DNA from: Geopsychrobacteraceae bacterium
Lineage (GTDB): Bacteria > Desulfobacterota > Desulfuromonadia > Desulfuromonadales > Geopsychrobacteraceae
Reading direction: 5' to 3'
DNA length: 64,000 nt
Assembly (NCBI GenBank): GCA_963676795.2
Contig: CAXXTB010000002.1
Location: 1,568,001-1,632,000, forward strand
A model generated the notes under the pieces. That model searched no databases and was not told where the DNA came from. It saw only the letters and a program-made list of their open reading frames with translations. Made by a program: the position numbers and the translations under genes. Every line of letters begins with the position of its first letter. Within the stretch, counting starts at the first letter, position 1. Shown here one piece after another: positions 59,867 to 64,000 of this stretch.

Positions 59867-60403
59867 ATGGCAACGGAAACCATTGAAATTCTTGATTTTG
59901 AAGGCGTGAACCGGGCCTTAACCCGAATTGCCCATGAGATTCTGGAAAAGAACAAGGGGGTCGATGACCTTGTTCTGGTCGGTATCCGCACCGGTGGGTC
60001 CTTTCTTGCGGCTGAACTCAAACGTAAAATTGCTGAGATCGAACAGGCTGATGTCCCTCTCGGCAATATCGATATCAGCATGTATCGTGACGATCTCGGT
60101 TCCCGCAATAACCTGTCCGTTGGTCAGACCGACATTCTTTTTTCCCTGACAGATAAGAAGATCGTCCTGGTCGATGATGTCCTGTTTACCGGTAGAACGA
60201 TCCGCGCAGCAATGGATGCCATTATGGACCTTGGCCGTCCGCAGAACATTCAGCTGGCCATTCTGATCGACCGGGGACACAGGGAATTGCCGATCAGGCC
60301 TGACTATATCGGCCGCAACCTGCCGACAGCCCGAAGTGAACGCATCGAAGTCGTCTTCGACGAGCAGCACTCACCACGGGCCGTATCCCTGATTAGACGC
60401 TAA
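59867..60403 (+). CDS. pyrR: pyrimidine operon regulator / UPRTase
   Basis: RIAHEILE, LVDDVLFTGRTIRAA and DRGHRELPIR motifs. Confidence 0.97.
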   Translation: MATETIEILDFEGVNRALTRIAHEILEKNKGVDDLVLVGIRTGGSFLAAELKRKIAEIEQADVPLGNIDISMYRDDLGSRNNLSVGQTDILFSLTDKKIVLVDDVLFTGRTIRAAMDAIMDLGRPQNIQLAILIDRGHRELPIRPDYIGRNLPTARSERIEVVFDEQHSPRAVSLIRR

Positions 60404-60421
60404 AGGCGGAGGCACTAATCG

Positions 60422-61357
60422 ATGACATTCAATCCAAAGCATATTCTCGGTATCAAAAACTTAAGTGCAGAAGAGTTGACCTTCATTCTCGATACAGCGG
60501 CGAGCTTCAAAGAGATCAACAGCCGTGATATCAAGAAGGTTCCGATCCTGCGCGGTAAAACCATTATCAACCTGTTTTTCGAAGCCAGTACCCGGACTCG
60601 CACCTCGTTCGAGATCGCCGGAAAACGCTTATCTGCCGATACGATCAACATCACTGCCTCGGCCTCGTCGGTGGTCAAAGGGGAAACCCTGGAAGATACC
60701 GCCCGTAATATCGAGGCGATGCATCCAGATATCATCGTCATGCGCCACAGCGCGTCGGGGGCCTGCGAATATCTGGCCCAGCGGCTGAAGTGTTCTATCG
60801 TCAATGCTGGTGACGGAGCCCATGAGCATCCGAGTCAGGCATTGCTCGACGCCTTCACCATTCGCGAACACAAAGGACGGATTGAAGGCTTGACGGTTAC
60901 CATTGCCGGCGATGTCACTCACAGCCGGGTGGTAAGATCGAACATCTACTGTTTGACCAAACTGGGCGCCAAGGTCCGCCTCGTCGGACCCAAAACGATG
61001 ATGCCTCCCGGTATCGAACGACTGGGTTGTGAGGTTTATACCGACCTGGAAAAGGCAATCAGCGGCGTAGATTGTGTTATGATGCTGCGCATCCAACGCG
61101 AACGCCAGGGCAAGACCCTGCTTCCTTCACTGCGTGAATATGCCCGTTTCTATGGTCTGAATGATCGTAATATCCAGTTGACCAAGGACGATGCGATCAT
61201 CCTTCACCCAGGTCCGATGAACCGCGGCGTAGAGATCTCTTCAGTTGTTGCTGACGGTAAGCGGAGTGTTATTCTTGATCAGGTGGAGAATGGTGTCGCC
61301 GTCAGGATGGCGCTGCTATATCTGGTTGCCGGTGGCGAAAAACTTAAGGACTCCTGA
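60422..61357 (+). CDS. pyrB: aspartate carbamoyltransferase
   Basis: [18 protein letters not shown] and HPGP.NRGVE motifs. Confidence 0.98.
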   Translation: MTFNPKHILGIKNLSAEELTFILDTAASFKEINSRDIKKVPILRGKTIINLFFEASTRTRTSFEIAGKRLSADTINITASASSVVKGETLEDTARNIEAMHPDIIVMRHSASGACEYLAQRLKCSIVNAGDGAHEHPSQALLDAFTIREHKGRIEGLTVTIAGDVTHSRVVRSNIYCLTKLGAKVRLVGPKTMMPPGIERLGCEVYTDLEKAISGVDCVMMLRIQRERQGKTLLPSLREYARFYGLNDRNIQLTKDDAIILHPGPMNRGVEISSVVADGKRSVILDQVENGVAVRMALLYLVAGGEKLKDS

Positions 61358-61369
61358 TTGAAAGAGGCT

Positions 61370-62650
61370 ATGAGTATGAAAATTATCATCAAAGGGGGAC
61401 ATGTTCTTGATCCGGCCAATGATATCGACGGGATCTTCGATATCCTCATTGAAGACGGTCTGATTTCCCGAATCGATTCATCGATCGACGAGAGCGATGC
61501 CGAAATCATTCAGGCCTGCGATATGCTGGTCATCCCTGGTCTTGTCGATATCCACACCCATATGCGCGATCCCGGTCAGGAGTACAAGGAAGACCTGATC
61601 AGTGGTACCAGGGCAGCCGTGGCCGGTGGCGTCACCTCGCTGGCTTGTATGCCGAACACCAGCCCGGTCAACGATAACCAGGCGGTCACCCGCTTTATCA
61701 TTGAAAAGGCCAAAAGCCAGGGGGTCGCCAACGTTTTCCCGGTCGGGGCGATCAGCCATGGCATGGATGGAGAAATCCTCTCTGAAATGGGCGATCTCAA
61801 GTCAGCTGGCTGTGTCGCTTTTTCGGACGATGGCAAGCCGGTCAAAAGCAGTGAGCTGATGCGCCGCGCACTGGAGTATGCTGATACCTTTGACATGCCG
61901 ATCATCTCCCATGCCGAGGACCTTTCTCTGGTCGGCGAAGGGTGCATGAACGATGGTGTGGTGGCCACCGAGCTCGGTCTCAAGGGGATTCCCTGGGTTG
62001 CTGAAGATGCGGCCACAGCCCGTGAAATCATGCTGGCCGAATTTACCGGTGCAAGGCTGCACATCGCCCATGTGTCAACCAGGGGCAGTGTTGAGCTGGT
62101 GCGTCAGGCCAAGGCGCGCGGTGCCCGGGTGACTTGCGAGGTGTCACCGCATCATTTTACCTTAAGCGAAGAGGCTGTCCGTGGTTACAACACCAACGCC
62201 AAGATGAACCCGCCGCTGCGGACCCAGGAAGATATTGAAGCCATCAAGGAAGGCCTCAAAGACGGCACTATCGATGCGATTGCCACCGATCACGCGCCAC
62301 ATCATATCGATGAAAAGAATGTCGAGTTTCCGATCGCCCTGAACGGTATGATCGGTCTTGAAACTCTGCTGCCACTGACCCTGCAACTGGTCCGGGACAA
62401 GGACATCAGCCTCAAACAGGCAGTGGCCATGATGACCTGTCAGCCGGCAGCAATCATCGGCATCGACCGTGGCACCCTCGGCATCGGCAGACCGGCGGAT
62501 ATCACTATTGTCGATCCGGAACGTGACTGGACGGTCTTTGCGGAGGACTTATTTTCAAAAAGTAAAAATACGCCTTTTATCGGCTGCCGCCTGAAAGGGG
62601 TCGCGGCGCGCACCCTGGTCGCCGGAAAAACGGTTTTTGAAAGAAAATGA
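61370..62650 (+). CDS. pyrC: dihydroorotase
   Basis: [17 protein letters not shown] and ATDHAPH motifs. Confidence 0.97.
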   Translation: MSMKIIIKGGHVLDPANDIDGIFDILIEDGLISRIDSSIDESDAEIIQACDMLVIPGLVDIHTHMRDPGQEYKEDLISGTRAAVAGGVTSLACMPNTSPVNDNQAVTRFIIEKAKSQGVANVFPVGAISHGMDGEILSEMGDLKSAGCVAFSDDGKPVKSSELMRRALEYADTFDMPIISHAEDLSLVGEGCMNDGVVATELGLKGIPWVAEDAATAREIMLAEFTGARLHIAHVSTRGSVELVRQAKARGARVTCEVSPHHFTLSEEAVRGYNTNAKMNPPLRTQEDIEAIKEGLKDGTIDAIATDHAPHHIDEKNVEFPIALNGMIGLETLLPLTLQLVRDKDISLKQAVAMMTCQPAAIIGIDRGTLGIGRPADITIVDPERDWTVFAEDLFSKSKNTPFIGCRLKGVAARTLVAGKTVFERK

Positions 62651-62696
62651 ACGCACAGGCAACACTTAAAGTAGAATCTTAAGAATTGAGGGCTAA

Positions 62697-63824
62697 ATGA
62701 AAGCAGTACTAGCACTTGCAGACGGCAGGTATTTTATTGGAAAAGCGCTTGGCGCAGTTGGTGAAGTGACCGGAGAGGTTGTCTTCAATACCAGTCTGAC
62801 CGGCTATCAGGAGATTCTGACCGATCCGTCCTATCATGGTGAGATCGTCACCATGACCTACCCGCAGATCGGCAACTACGGTATTAACTCTGAAGATGTC
62901 GAATCGTGCAAACCGTTCCTGTCCGGTTTTGTTGTCAAGGAATCCTGCCCGGTTCCGAGCAACTTCCGTTCTGAGATGAGCCTTGATGAGTACCTGAAGA
63001 TGAACAACATCGTTGCCATTGAAGGGATCGACACCCGTGCTCTGGTCAAGCATATCCGTACCAGGGGAGCCCAGGTCGGAATCATCTCGTCAACCGACAC
63101 CGATCCGCAGAGCCTGATCGAAAAGGCTAAACAGGCTCCCGGGCTGGTTGGCCGGGACCTGGTCAGGGAAGTCACCTGCAGCGAACCCTATCGCTTTGAA
63201 GAGGGAGTCTGGTCGCTGGAAGACGGTTACGCGAAACTCGCCGAGAACCGTCCGTACAAAGTTGTTGCTTACGACTTCGGTATCAAACGCAACATCCTGC
63301 GTAACCTCAACTCGGCCGGTTGCGACGTCACTGTGGTGCCGGCAACCACCAGCGCCGAAGAGGTTCTGGCGATGAATCCTGACGGTATCTTCCTGAGTAA
63401 TGGCCCTGGTGATCCGGAACCACTCCATTACGCTCAGGACAACATCCGCAAGCTGCTTGAAAAGAAAATTCCTGTTTTCGGCATCTGCCTGGGCCACCAA
63501 CTGCTGTCGATCGCCCTTGGCGGCAAGACCTACAAGCTCAAGTTCGGTCACCGTGGTGGCAACCAACCGGTGCTCGATTATGCTCGTCAGCAGGTTGAGA
63601 TTACCTCGCAGAATCACGGCTTTGCGGTCGATCAGACCACCCTTGACAACGACAAGGTCAAGGTGACCCATATGAACCTGAACGACAATACCGTTGAGGG
63701 GGTCCAGCACTGCAGCCTGCCGGCGTTCTCGGTTCAGTATCATCCGGAAGCGTCTCCGGGACCGCATGACGCGCACTACCTGTTCGAGCGTTTCATCGAG
63801 ATGATCAAAAAGAATAAAGCTTAA
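62697..63824 (+). CDS. carA: carbamoyl-phosphate synthase small subunit
   Basis: GEVVFNT..TGYQE, SNGPGDP, GICLGHQ and [10 protein letters not shown] motifs. Confidence 0.98.
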   Translation: MKAVLALADGRYFIGKALGAVGEVTGEVVFNTSLTGYQEILTDPSYHGEIVTMTYPQIGNYGINSEDVESCKPFLSGFVVKESCPVPSNFRSEMSLDEYLKMNNIVAIEGIDTRALVKHIRTRGAQVGIISSTDTDPQSLIEKAKQAPGLVGRDLVREVTCSEPYRFEEGVWSLEDGYAKLAENRPYKVVAYDFGIKRNILRNLNSAGCDVTVVPATTSAEEVLAMNPDGIFLSNGPGDPEPLHYAQDNIRKLLEKKIPVFGICLGHQLLSIALGGKTYKLKFGHRGGNQPVLDYARQQVEITSQNHGFAVDQTTLDNDKVKVTHMNLNDNTVEGVQHCSLPAFSVQYHPEASPGPHDAHYLFERFIEMIKKNKA

Positions 63825-63844
63825 AATATAGAGAGAACGAAAAC

Positions 63845-64000
63845 ATGCCAAAACGTCATGATTTAAAGAAAATCCTGATTATCGGAGCCGGTCCTATCAT
63901 CATCGGACAGGCCTGCGAATTCGATTACTCCGGCACCCAGGCCTGCAAGGCCCTGAAGGAAGAGGGGTACGAAGTCGTTCTACTGAACTCCAACCCGGCA
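63845..64000 (+). CDS. carB: carbamoyl-phosphate synthase large subunit (partial)
   Basis: [37 protein letters not shown], running off the window end. Confidence 0.97.
   Translation, partial: MPKRHDLKKILIIGAGPIIIGQACEFDYSGTQACKALKEEGYEVVLLNSNPA

Overview
64 kb from a probable Desulfuromonadales-type deltaproteobacterium (inferred from gene content). The left ~46.8 kb is accessory. It begins with the left end of an IS256-family element. Next is a complete minus-strand type VI secretion system (tssJKLM-tagF-tssA-tssBC-hcp-tssEFG-clpV-vgrG) ending in a spike/effector module: DUF6484-like, TIGR02270-like, DUF2169, a thiolase-fold PRK06147-like protein, a DUF4150/PIPY PAAR-like protein, a 1174-aa MIX-motif VasX-like effector and a Sel1-repeat lipoprotein as candidate immunity. 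This is followed by an internally deleted NDH-2 pseudogene, a molybdopterin oxidoreductase, and a redox block bracketed by two ~75%-identical MarR regulators. That block holds a Hyb-type [NiFe] uptake hydrogenase operon and a pyrogallol-transhydroxylase-like Mo enzyme with an extra N-terminal domain. An exported rhodanese lies just beyond the second MarR. The right ~17 kb is core genome: yacG-queD-queE-creatininase family, coaD, rsmD, dgt, greB, yhbY, azlCD, a polar amino-acid ABC transporter, lepA-lepB, and pyrR-pyrB-pyrC-carA-carB with a PyrR attenuator. Two short MITE/REP-like elements and several terminators are visible. All family calls come from motif recognition, not database searches.
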